A DNA stretch of 64,000 nt from Eukaryota sp. GEM-RC1 (Eukaryota): assembly GCA_040285855.1 (NCBI GenBank), contig JAUFOQ010000018.1:248001-312000 (forward strand), read 5' to 3'. A model generated the notes under the pieces. It was not told where the DNA came from, ran no database searches, and was given only the letters and a program-made list of their open reading frames with translations. Position numbers and translations under genes: made by a program. This document shows, one piece after another, positions 26,861-38,290 of this stretch (the first letter of the stretch is position 1; each line of letters begins with the position of its first letter).

Positions 26861-29609
26861 TTGCTATCTTTGGAATACCGTTTTGTATCCATAGTGATAA
26901 TGGTACGGAGTTTGCCAATGCTATTTTCGAGGCAATATGTAACCTACTGGCGATTGAAGTAAGTCGTTCGATTCCTCATTTCTCCCAGAGTAATGGACTG
27001 GTGGAACGACGTCACAGAGACGTTCTGCAAAGCCTACGTCGTCTTCTTGTGGACTTCAATGATTATGACAATTGGTCAACGTACATTCCAACTGTACAGT
27101 TGCAGATCAACGCAACAAAGAGTTCAATAACTGGACATACTCCTTACGAACTGATGTTTGGTTGTGACATAGTCCTGGTGCAGATCCTAGTAGTTTACTA
27201 GATGCTGTTGAGAAATCAACAAAGAATGTTCCGTTTATTGACGACATTAAAACGAAACTAGAACGTTTAACGAAACAAAGAGAAGAGGCAGAGGATCGTC
27301 AATCAGTACTCAAGCCTAAGAAGAAGTCTAACACTAGTCAATCATTTAAGATTGGAGATCTTGTGTTAAAGGTCGTCAAAACTAGTAAGCTCTATGGAAA
27401 CTACACTGGACCTTTTCTAGTTGTCTCAGTTGATTCAAAATCTTTGTTTGATTAAAAAATCTGATCACTGGATATGTTAGTAAGACTAGCATTCATCAAT
27501 GTAAGATCTTACAATCAGATCTACCTGCTGATCATGATCTCCACAGAGCAATTGCTTCTGGGGATTCTGAAGAACACATCGTGGTTAAGATGCTAGATAG
27601 GTTTGATACACCCGATGGTGAATTCTGCACTGTACTTTGGTTTGGTGGTGATACTACATCAGTTCCCATCAAGGACATCAAGAACACCAAAGCGTATAGT
27701 GACTTTGTAAAATTAGACAATTTAGATTTATTTTGTAACAATAGAAACAGGTCTAGTAATAACAATACTAAGCATAAACCCACCTCCAGAAGTAAGAGTA
27801 CTCCAAAGACGTCTTCCAAAGTTAAGGCACCTGTAGCAAAGAGAACTAGGAGCTCGAAAGGAGAGAAGAAGTAATGTTAGCCACAGGTGTTAGTGAAGTG
27901 TTACAAGATCATATGATTTTATTTATAAACATCTTTTCCCTACCCTTTGTAGCCAAACGGTATCAATAATTATTGTCCAAGATGGTGAAGAAAAGGACTA
28001 CTAACCCCCCAAAAGCGGGAAACAAAACTAATCGAAGAAACAAACCTTTGACAAGATCTAAGTCTAGCTCCAAAATGTCTTCCCGTCGAAAGGAGCCATT
28101 GGTTCCTGAGACAGAAGAGTCAGTTGACTCGTCGGACTTTGAAAGTGACCCATCTGAGGATGGATGCCTGTCTGAGGACGGATGCCTATCTGAGGATAGA
28201 AGCCCCACTTCCCACAAGTAGGTGACGGAAATCTCACCTGAAGTTGGTGAATCTACTTCTCGTAGAGTTGTAGATGTTCAACCTGAAGGTGGATGCCCAT
28301 CTGAGGATGGAAGGACTTCGTCTTCCCGCAAGGATGGCGAAGTGGGTTTGGATACTCATTTCTGTAATTTCAGACCGTATCCCAAGCTTGTTAGAGAAGT
28401 ATAGAGTAAGCGATGCTGACAGTAGCAGTACTCCGCATTCCGAGAGTCATGATGTTGTTGTAACAGCGTCTCCTCTCCCCATTCTTCCTCGTAGAAATAG
28501 TTTTAATAAAGAAAGCATTCCCGATGTTGTTCCAGTTCCTCAAAAGAGGTCAACTGAAGTGGTTGAAGAGATTCGCAAGTTACAGGAATCTTTCGCCAAA
28601 CAGCAGTCTAGAAGACTCGAAGCAGAACAGAAGCTTTTATTTGAAAAGGAACTTCTAGCTCGTAAGATGAGTCTCTCTCCAGAAGATCGAGGCAACAAAG
28701 TCGTCTTGTGTGGGATGTGATTGCTATCTTTGGAATACCGTTTTGTATCCATAGTGATAATGGTACGGAGTTTGCCAATGCTATTTTCGAGGCAATATGT
28801 AACCTACTGGCGATTGAAGTAAGTCGTTCGATTCCTCATTTCTCCCAGAGTAATGGACTGGTGGAACGACGTCACAGAGACGTTCTGCAAAGCCTACGTC
28901 GTCTTCTTGTGGACTTCAATGATTATGACAATTGGTCAACGTACATTCCAACTGTACAGTTGCAGATCAACGCAACAAAGAGTTCAATAACTGGACATAC
29001 TCCTTACGAACTGATGTTTGGTTGTGACATAGTCCTGGTGCAGATCCTAGTAGTTTACTAGATGCTGTTGAGAAATCAACAAAGAATGTTCCGTTTATTG
29101 ACGACATTAAAACGAAACTAGAACGTTTAACGAAACAAAGAGAAGAGGCAGAGGATCGTCAATCAGTACTCAAGCCTAAGAAGAAGTCTAACACTAGTCA
29201 ATCATTTAAGATTGGAGATCTTGTGTTAAAGGTCGTCAAAACTAGTAAGCTCTATGGAAACTACACTGGACCTTTTCTAGTTGTCTCAGTTGATTCAAAA
29301 TCTTTGTTTGATTAAAAAATCTGATCACTGGATATGTTAGTAAGACTAGCATTCATCAATGTAAGATCTTACAATCAGATCTACCTGCTGATCATGATCT
29401 CCACAGAGCAATTGCTTCTGGGGATTCTGAAGAACACATCGTGGTTAAGATGCTAGATAGGTTTGATACACCCGATGGTGAATTCTGCACTGTACTTTGG
29501 TTTGGTGGTGATACTACATCAGTTCCCATCAAGGACATCAAGAACACCAAAGCGTATAGTGACTTTGTAAAATTAGACAATTTAGATTTATTTCGTAACA
29601 ATAGAAACA

Positions 29610-29854
29610 ATTGAAAATTTGTGTTCAGAACTTGGCAAGAAGTTTAACAGATCGTACTGGAAGAGTAAATTTGCTTTTTCGATTTTTAGGTCTATGTATA
29701 GATATGTTGATTCCATTTTGTCCAAGTTGTTTGGAGGCAACTACTTTTCGGAATTAGGTAGTTCGTTTGATAATTTGTTTTAATAGTGTTTATCTATTTG
29801 TACTTAACTTATTATGTGTTTTTCTTGTGTTTTTCCGCACATAAATCCGTTTTT
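29610..29854 (+). mobile_element. 245-bp 5'-truncated non-LTR element inserted into array unit 16
   Basis: Perfect 9-bp TSD ATAGAAACA (29601-29609 and 29855-29863). The insert matches the 3' end of the element at about 43681-43918 and ends ATAAATCCGTTTTT. Confidence 0.95.
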
Positions 29855-32239
29855 ATAGAAACAGGTCTAGTAATAACAATACTAAGCATAAACCCACCTC
29901 CAGAAGTAAGAGTACTCCAAAGACGTCTTCCAAAGTTAAGGCACCTGTAGCAAAGAGAACTAGGAGCTCGAAAGGAGAGAAGAAGTAATGTTAGCCACAG
30001 GTGTTAGTGAAGTGTTACAAGATCATATGATTTTATTTATAAACATCTTTTCCCTACCCTTTGTAGCCAAACGGTATCAATAATTATTGTCCAAGATGGT
30101 GAAGAAAAGGACTACTAACCCCCCAAAAGCGGGAAACAAAACTAATCGAAGAAACAAACCTTTGACAAGATCTAAGTCTAGCTCCAAAATGTCTTCCCGT
30201 CGAAAGGAGCCATTGGTTCCTGAGACAGAAGAGTCAGTTGACTCGTCGGACTTTGAAAGTGACCCATCTGAGGATGGATGCCTGTCTGAGGACGGATGCC
30301 TATCTGAGGATAGAAGCCCCACTTCCCACAAGTAGGTGACGGAAATCTCACCTGAAGTTGGTGAATCTACTTCTCGTAGAGTTGTAGATGTTCAACCTGA
30401 AGGTGGATGCCCATCTGAGGATGGAAGGACTTCGTCTTCCCGCAAGGATGGCGAAGTGGGTTTGGATACTCATTTCTGTAATTTCAGACCGTATCCCAAG
30501 CTTGTTAGAGAAGTATAGAGTAAGCGATGCTGACAGTAGCAGTACTCCGCATTCCGAGAGTCATGATGTTGTTGTAACAGCGTCTCCTCTCCCCATTCTT
30601 CCCTCGTAGAAATAGTTTTAATAAAGAAAGCATTCCCGATGTTGTTCCAGTTCCTCAAAAGAGGTCAACTGAAGTGGTTGAAGAGATTCGCAAGTTACAG
30701 GAATCTTTCGCCAAACAGCAGTCTAGAAGACTCGAAGCAGAACAGAAGCTTTTATTTGAAAAGGAACTTCTAGCTCGTAAGATGAGTCTCTCTCCAGAAG
30801 ATCGAGGCAACAAAGTCGTCTTGTGTGGGATGTGATTGCTATCTTTGGAATACCGTTTTGTATCCATAGTGATAATGGTACGGAGTTTGCCAATGCTATT
30901 TTCGAGGCAATATGTAACCTACTGGCGATTGAAGTAAGTCGTTCGATTCCTCATTTCTCCCAGAGTAATGGACTGGTGGAACGACGTCACAGAGACGTTC
31001 TGCAAAGCCTACGTCGTCTTCTTGTGGACTTCAATGATTATGACAATTGGTCAACGTACATTCCAACTGTACAGTTGCAGATCAACGCAACAAAGAGTTC
31101 AATAACTGGACATACTCCTTACGAACTGATGTTTGGTTGTGACATAGTCCTGGTGCAGATCCTAGTAGTTTACTAGATGCTGTTGAGAAATCAACAAAGA
31201 ATGTTCCGTTTATTGACGACATTAAAACGAAACTAGAACGTTTAACGAAACAAAGAGAAGAGGCAGAGGATCGTCAATCAGTACTCAAGCCTAAGAAGAA
31301 GTCTAACACTAGTCAATCATTTAAGATTGGAGATCTTGTGTTAAAGGTCGTCAAAACTAGTAAGCTCTATGGAAACTACACTGGACCTTTTCTAGTTGTC
31401 TCAGTTGATTCAAAATCTTTGTTTGATTAAAAAATCTGATCACTGGATATGTTAGTAAGACTAGCATTCATCAATGTAAGATCTTACAATCAGATCTACC
31501 TGCTGATCATGATCTCCACAGAGCAATTGCTTCTGGGGATTCTGAAGAACACATCGTGGTTAAGATGCTAGATAGGTTTGATACACCCGATGGTGAATTC
31601 TGCACTGTACTTTGGTTTGGTGGTGATACTACATCAGTTCCCATCAAGGACATCAAGAACACCAAAGCGTATAGTGACTTTGTAAAATTAGACAATTTAG
31701 ATTTATTTCGTAACAATAGAAACAGGTCTAGTAATAACAATACTAAGCATAAACCCACCTCCAGAAGTAAGAGTACTCCAAAGACGTCTTCCAAAGTTAA
31801 GGCACCTGTAGCAAAGAGAACTAGGAGCTCGAAAGGAGAGAAGAAGTAATGTTAGCCACAGGTGTTAGTGAAGTGTTACAAGATCATATGATTTTATTTA
31901 TAAACATCTTTTCCCTACCCTTTGTAGCCAAACGGTATCAATAATTATTGTCCAAGATGGTGAAGAAAAGGACTACTAACCCCCCAAAAGCGGGAAACAA
32001 AACTAATCGAAGAAACAAACCTTTGACAAGATCTAAGTCTAGCTCCAAAATGTCTTCCCGTCGAAAGGAGCCATTGGTTCCTGAGACAGAAGAGTCAGTT
32101 GACTCGTCGGACTTTGAAAGTGACCCATCTGAGGATGGATGCCTATCTGAGGATAGAAGCCCCACTTCCCACAAGTAGGTGACGGAAATCTCACCTGAGG
32201 TTGGTGAATCTACTTCTCGTAGAGTTGTAGATGTTCAAC

Positions 32240-34005
32240 AAGGATTCCACATTGGAATAGATCTTGGTACTTCCAATTGTTGTATGGCTGTCTATCGATC
32301 CACAAAAGATCCTCAAGGTCGTTGTCAACCTCCATCAATGGAAGTATTGTTTAATCACGGTAAAGAAACAACTCCAAGTGTAATAGCTTGTCGTAAAGGA
32401 AAGATTGAAGTCGGAACTACTGCTAAAAACCGTTCTTGAAATCCCCCGAATCTACTATATTTGAAGCTAAACGATTTATTGGAAGAAAGTTCTCAGATCC
32501 AGACATTCAGAAGAACTTGAGACATAATCAAGGAAAACCATCACATTGGCCCTTTAAAGTTGAAAGTGATGGAACTTCAGACGATAATCCTCTTTTGATT
32601 CTTTCAGATGGAGGTACTGAAAGGAAATTCAGTCCAGAACAAGTATCTGCCTTTATTCTAACTCATCTTAAAGAAGTAGCTGAAGAATCTCTGGCAGACA
32701 AAGTTGATGAAGTAACATTAACTTGTCCTACTTACTTTAATGATGGACAAAGACAAGCAACAAAAGATGCTGCAGAAATGGCCGGTTTTGACACTGTCAG
32801 AATTCTCAATGAACCTACCGCTGCTGCTTTAGCTTTCAAAGAAAACGATGACAGATCAATTGGTAAAACTGTTTTAGTTTTTGACTTTGGTGGAGGAACT
32901 CTTGATGTATCTATTGTAAAGATAACTGCAGAAGATGTTACTGTACTGGCTACTGGTGGTATGTTGTTTACTTTGAATTCTTACCATAGGAGATACTTTC
33001 CTTGGAGGTGCTGATATTGATACGATACTGGTTGACTTTTGTATTAAGGAATTTCGTGAAGAAACAGGTTGTTCAGAAGATATATCTCTACGAAACATGG
33101 TAGAATTAAGAAAAGCTGTTGAAGAAGCCAAAAAAACTCTTTCTTCTGTTGAAGATGACGAAGTAGTTGTTTCAAACTTTGTTGGAAATCATAATCTTGA
33201 TGTCACAATTACTAGAGAAGATCTTGAAGGAGAATGACATGACTTCTTCCTTCGATGTATTGGTGTTGTTGACTCTATCCTTAGCCAAAGTTCAATATCA
33301 CGTGATCAAATTGATCTAGTGTTTATGATTGGAGGTTTTAGTAGGATTCCTAAACTAGTGGAACTGATGGAAGAACGTTTTCCAAACAAACTTCGTCATA
33401 CAGTACAAGCTGATCATGCGATAGCAATGGGTGCTGCTGTTGCTCATATGCATTTACTAAATGATGTGGTTCCTCGTGATCTTGGGGTAGGAGTGTTGTC
33501 TTCAACACATGGAACAATGGATATGGAGGAAGATTCTATCATTATCAAAATATTAGAATTAATAGAAAAGCCTTCTAATTTTGACGCAGATGCTTTCCTC
33601 AATAAAATCTACATGTCTGGTCACTGGGACTTGACTAATCGTAAACGTTCAGTAAAGATTGAATGTCAGTTTAACCAATTCCCTTATCCCTCTGTCATGG
33701 TTCAGGTTCCATCATTGTTACAGAAATCTCGTGATTTAACTAGTCAATCTTATTCAGTTGACAACAATCAATTACAATTTGAAGTTGACTTGGATTCGAT
33801 TCCCTTTGAAAAGCTATTAAATGAAGACTGTCATCTGAAGGTTTCTATCCGGCGACCCCGAAAGATCTTCTCTCCCGCTTTTGTTTACTCTCATTATTTC
33901 AGTTTGAAGTCTCTAATGAATAGAGGAAAGCTCAGTCATTGTAAAGAAGGTGTGTGTACTGTTTCTCTTTTTTTAAATGAGTCTGAGTGTATCATTGCTA
34001 TGTAA
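32240..34005 (+). pseudogene. Hsp70-family pseudogene, 5'-truncated by the array, with an unrelated C-terminal segment
   Basis: Motifs HIGIDLGTSN, TTPSVI, KRFIGRKF, PTYFNDGQRQATKDAA, RILNEPTAAA, VFDFGGGTLDVS and GGFSRIPK. It has a frameshift with TGA near 32437 and an in-frame TGA near 33235. After about 33490 it no longer aligns with the paralog's substrate-binding domain. Confidence 0.9.
32959..32989 (+). other. 31-nt spliceosomal intron in the Hsp70 pseudogene
   Basis: GTATGT...CATAG. Removal restores the conserved ATG-GDTFLGGADID motif, and the paralog has the same intron. Confidence 0.88.
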
Positions 34006-34021
34006 TGTAGAAGTAGTTTCC

Positions 34022-34143
34022 ATTCAATTTTAGGTAAGTTGCTCGGTGATGGACAGAAGGATCATAGTTTAGATGCTTCAGTTGTTAGTCGTTAACTTCT
34101 GCAAATGTATTTATTTCACTGATTGATCATAAGTCCCGTTTTT
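34022..34143 (+). mobile_element. 3'-terminal fragment of a T-tailed non-LTR element
   Basis: Similar to about 61496-61627 (TTCAATTTTAGGTAAGTTG...GATCATAA..CCCGTTTTT). Confidence 0.8.
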
Positions 34144-34439
34144 ATTTTTATTCTAAAGTAATGTTGTCATTCTAATTTCAAACCTCAATACTTAGTGTAT
34201 TTGTGTTGTAGAAACAACAATGGTACTCAACAGTCACATAGGAGATGAACAGTATAAATGAAAAGCATCAAGTAAACTGACAAAAGACATCTCGGAACAA
34301 GATGGTAGCAACTAGTGGTAAGTGAAATAACGCTATAGATCTGGTCTTCACAACAAATCACAAAAGTAACGGATCCAGACGCTTGAAACTGTTTAACTGG
34401 TTGAAAGTGTCATGAAAAGAAGATATAATAATGTGATAA

Positions 34440-34580
34440 GAAAAATAGAATAACGAAAAGTTTATGTTAAGAAATGTAGAGCATTGGCCAGGACACGGGA
34501 ATTGAAAGAGGAACGACAAAAAGTGGGCATGTGAAAATTTTACCTTAATGGGAGAGAAACCTTAATGGGAGGGTAGACTG
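34440..34580. mobile_element. Orphan end of a TA-flanked DNA transposon
   Basis: Ends TGGGAGGGTAGACTG followed by TA, like the right end of the 52875-55576 element. No partner TIR was found and the left boundary is arbitrary. Confidence 0.45.
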
Positions 34581-34619
34581 TATTTCTATAATGGATACAT
34601 ACTAGTACTAGTATCCGTG

Positions 34620-35090
34620 GCTTAAATCGAGTCAATCATTAATGGATTTTACTTCAGTAGATGTTTGTAACAAATCTTGTGTTAGTAGGATATTAGATTC
34701 TTCTTTTAATCCTTTAACAGCTGCTGAAAAGCTCAAACACACCAAGTATGACTTTCAAGTTGAAGAATTAAATAGAAACGCATATTCCACATATATGTTT
34801 CACCCTTTGCTGTTTCTCTTTTTGGATCTATTAGCCCTGCTTGTGATCAATTTTTCAAGGATTTCGAAGAACTGTGTAAAGACAAGAAGCGCAAGTTTAG
34901 AATGGCTGAATGCAAAAACCTTATAGTGTTTTCCATATATCGAAATATGCCTTTCTATTTCTCTCGATTAATTGAGAAATTGTACAAGTTTGGTGTGAAG
35001 GTTAATGTTGAAAAACGTAATCTTTTACCAGTGATGGTGATGAAGTCGTTTGGATTTAATCTTAGTATTATTTGTTTGTTTTTACAATTT
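34620..35090 (+). mobile_element. Degenerate 3' fragment (RLE domain) of a non-LTR element
   Basis: MDFTSVDVC...PLTAAEKLKHTKY...HPFAVS resembles the RLE region of the other LINEs in this window. It is frameshifted and the boundaries are approximate. Confidence 0.7.
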
Positions 35091-35420
35091 CATAGTTTTG
35101 TAGGAAGGTTACCTTATTGGGCACCGAATAAAGAGTACTAGTATGCAATGTCGCAAAATTATAAACAACATCAAATGTAGTTAACCTAAAGATACCAACT
35201 AACTAAGCACTTCCTACCCTCCATTATTCCATATTATGTATTGAAATGGTCGACAGAAATCAACCACCTTCGATTTGATTCTACCAAATCATATTGATGC
35301 TAATACTCTTGACTTGATGTCATTGTCTAACTCCATTATCTGACTTCTCCAAATGAACTAACTTACTGGATCTATTTTTGTGATAAGATTAACCAACACT
35401 TAGACATTACTCTAATTTAT

Positions 35421-36977
35421 TTAATCATCTTTCCCCGCACTCAACTCTTTCATCAACGACTCATACTCGCCTTCAGGCAAATTCAAACGATCTACTTTCA
35501 ATTCCTTTAAAGAACCACACTGAAAAAGACTAGACAATGACGTTACTTGAGTCCAGCTGATATCTAAAAAATTTAAACTTTGAAAAGAAGAGAGAACATT
35601 TAAATCAGAAACAAATGTGGAAAATATATTTAAGTGTTGTAAATTACAAAGTCGACGAATATGACGAATTTCGCTCACCTTGGTCCAACTTAGGTCGAGA
35701 TAAACCAAATATTTCAAATATTTCAAAGGAGTAAGATCTGAAACTTGGTCACAATTTGATACATCCAAATGCTGCAGTTCTTGAAGACCTTCAACAAAGC
35801 CAATATTTGAAATATTTGTACTGTGTAAATTTAAAAAAACTAACTTTGACAAATTTGAAATTGAACTTAAATCAGACAAAGTACAACGGGGAAGTGACAA
35901 ATGCTGTAAATTACAAGCATACTCTAAACCCTTCAAAGACACAGTTATATGTTTGCAATTAAGACTTGTAAGCAAAGGCAGCTGATCAGGTGTTAGTTCA
36001 GAACTAAAAACATTGAGTGATTTAGAAATAGATTTAGCTAGTATGGGATCAAATGGAGAACCTTTACCTTCAGATTCATTTTTTAAATTTGTCAGAATAT
36101 TTAAGATTCTAGTGAGAGTAAATGACCTTGCAGTTTCGGTTTCAGTAAAATCTGTAATAACTCGTCGTAGAATTGAAGGTGTGTTAGATTCAAATTCAGG
36201 AACATCTTCATATTCTTTTCCACAAAGAGTTTCGAATAGAATAACTCCTAGACTAAACAAATCAACGTCAACTCCAATAACTTCCGATGTAGAATACTTG
36301 GAATTGACTTTATAACGAGAATTTAAAAAGAAATCACAGTCAGATAGCACCAATCGACCATTTACGAACAAAATATTTTGAGGTTTTAAATTTCCATGGC
36401 AAAGATCTTTTGAGTGAAGAACTGTAAGAATCTTGCATAGGTTAATCGCATTGACCAAGGTGTCAGTAGACAAAGAGGAAGGAACTGGTAGCGAGTGACT
36501 GGCCTTCTCCATAACAATGGCAGTGTGAGAGGAATCCAAGTGAGATAGACCAAAGCATCGAATAAGAGAGGGGAGGTTCAAGAGAGAAGACTGGTGGACG
36601 TATTGTTGAATGAAGGATTGATCAGCGGGAGAAGCGATCTCATAGACCTTGCAGATGGCATCGGAGTCCAGCCATTGACAGGGAAGAGTTTTTGTTCGGG
36701 TGGGGGTATTGAATTCTGCAGTAGAGGAGGATACGATGAGTTCGTCGGAAGGAATTTCTTGACAGAAAAACCCTTGAGAATAAGATTCAATGAAGTTGAG
36801 CAAAGCATAGTTTGGATTGATCTCCACAAAGATTTTCTCACGGCATTCAGGACAAGAAGAAAGAGATTGGCAGCAACATGCGCAAAATGTATGATTGAAA
36901 CGGCAGATGATCAGTGGTTTTCTATCAGAGGAATTGAAGGGAAGACAGCAGATAGAGCAGAGCAATTGCATGGGCAA
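35421..36977 (-). CDS. RING finger / protein-kinase-like / leucine-rich-repeat protein (518 aa)
   Basis: N-terminal C-x2-C...C-x3-H-x2-C-x2-C...C-x2-C RING-like pattern and a kinase-like core (IVME, HGNLKPQNIL, DLFSLGVILFE). About seven 22-residue LxxLxxLxL repeats follow at the C-terminus. The ORF is uninterrupted. Confidence 0.85.
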   Translation of the reverse strand: MPMQLLCSICCLPFNSSDRKPLIICRFNHTFCACCCQSLSSCPECREKIFVEINPNYALLNFIESYSQGFFCQEIPSDELIVSSSTAEFNTPTRTKTLPCQWLDSDAICKVYEIASPADQSFIQQYVHQSSLLNLPSLIRCFGLSHLDSSHTAIVMEKASHSLPVPSSLSTDTLVNAINLCKILTVLHSKDLCHGNLKPQNILFVNGRLVLSDCDFFLNSRYKVNSKYSTSEVIGVDVDLFSLGVILFETLCGKEYEDVPEFESNTPSILRRVITDFTETETARSFTLTRILNILTNLKNESEGKGSPFDPILAKSISKSLNVFSSELTPDQLPLLTSLNCKHITVSLKGLEYACNLQHLSLPRCTLSDLSSISNLSKLVFLNLHSTNISNIGFVEGLQELQHLDVSNCDQVSDLTPLKYLKYLVYLDLSWTKVSEIRHIRRLCNLQHLNIFSTFVSDLNVLSSFQSLNFLDISWTQVTSLSSLFQCGSLKELKVDRLNLPEGEYESLMKELSAGKDD

Positions 36978-37004
36978 GATCTATATGTGTGACTAGAGGT
37001 GGGA

Positions 37005-37643
37005 ATTACTCGAGTAATACTCGAGTAATACTCACTGTTTAGAAAAAAGTGAGTATGAGTATTACTTGAGTACTTGAGTAAAAGTCTTGAGTAGTACTCG
37101 AGTAACACTAAAGTAATACTTGAGTATTATTTAATAATGATATCGAAATAAATATTATTTATATATCATCCAAACTATAACATCCTCAATATAAATCCTC
37201 AATAAGTGAGACAACAGAATTTATCTGCCCTGAGGAAAGTTCTAAGTTCAAAGAAGGTGGAACAGCAAGAGGTGCATTACTGTCCAAAGCGGCCTGTTTT
37301 TTGTTATTAGAGGAAAAGAGGTTATGCTCATTTTTCAGGTGCTTCTTCAGAACGTTGTCTGATGTCCTCAAAGAGAACGTTGTAGAACAACCTTGAAATG
37401 AGCATTCTTGTCTCTGACACTCGATCCCAGCATCAACGAGGGTCACTGCCGTAAAATAAGACTTGACGGTACGGTTGGTCATGAGAGTTATAAGTTGAAG
37501 TTATATGTTTATATATTCTGTATTTAGAAAGTTACTATATCTATACTCTCCAGTGCAAATATAAATGTAACTTAAAACACAATAGGTGCAGTTCAGCTCT
37601 ATCGTCATTAAATTCTTTCTGAAGTATTACTCGAGTAACACTG
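37005..37643 (-). mobile_element. Internally deleted hAT derivative retaining a BED zinc-finger fragment
   Basis: ORF 37186-37482 has C-x4-C...LKKHLKNEH (BED-like). TTACTCGAGTAA motifs occur at both ends, and the right end is ...GAGTAACACTG. The left terminus is imperfect and no TSD was found. Confidence 0.6.
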
Positions 37644-38290
37644 ACAAATGAAATTAACCAGTGTTGTCAAATGCGCACTTTTTCCAGTGTCGTCAAAATG
37701 CGCCAAATGCGCGCATTTCTGCGCATTTTACGTGCACATTTTGATTTCGAACTTGAGACACTCCATAAATAAAAATCTTTTTCGTCATACTGATTCATGT
37801 ACTCGTAAATCTCTATATTCGATGCCCGTTTCGAGATGTATCAAAATCCCACATCATTTGGCATCACGCTACACAATTGTATACCAACCTCCTTCCAAAA
37901 GTTCTGTTGTATCAGAATCTACAGTTCATTGTCATCATTGTGTCCACCAGTCCGTCACTGGAACTATTCGTTTGAAACAACACTTTGTACCGGGAAGGAC
38001 GTAATGTTTTCTTGTTCAAAACTGTGTTCAGAACTCGTTGAAAGTCTTTAAGCTGAGTTGAGAGCTCGAAAACGCACATCCTCTTCTCATTGACCAATCT
38101 CATTAAACAACTGTTACTGTTGATCACATACTCTATACAGAAAATGTGTTTGAACTTTAAGGACATACAGTGGACGTTGCTGTCTTAATAAATGGTCTTT
38201 AAACCATATTTCATTCAGTATTTTATACAATATTAACCGTTTATGGTTTTGTATCGATTTACATTGTTAGTAAATATGAGTAAAACAGAC

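Larger units (their letters stand above)
1..32239 (+). repeat. Tandem array of a ~1.86-kb retrotransposon-derived unit (17 full copies, a partial last copy, and the tail of one more at the left edge)
   Basis: Units start at TGTTAGCCAC at 18, 1859, 3719, 5576, 7416, 9274, 11132, 12993, 14850, 16709, 18569, 20432, 22291, 24151, 26015, 27875, 29989 and 31850. Copies are near-identical with scattered SNPs and indels, and the ORF track repeats with the same period. The array continues beyond the left edge. Confidence 0.99.

Noticed and set aside
1..32239. Array units as active autonomous retrotransposons or an amplified functional integrase gene
   Set aside because: There is no protease, RT or RNase H. 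The integrase lacks the HHCC domain and first catalytic Asp, and a shared frameshift separates the chromodomain.
1..32239. Array as a pure assembly artefact
   Set aside because: Units carry structured multi-SNP haplotypes and one has a TSD-flanked insertion. The exact copy number still needs read confirmation.
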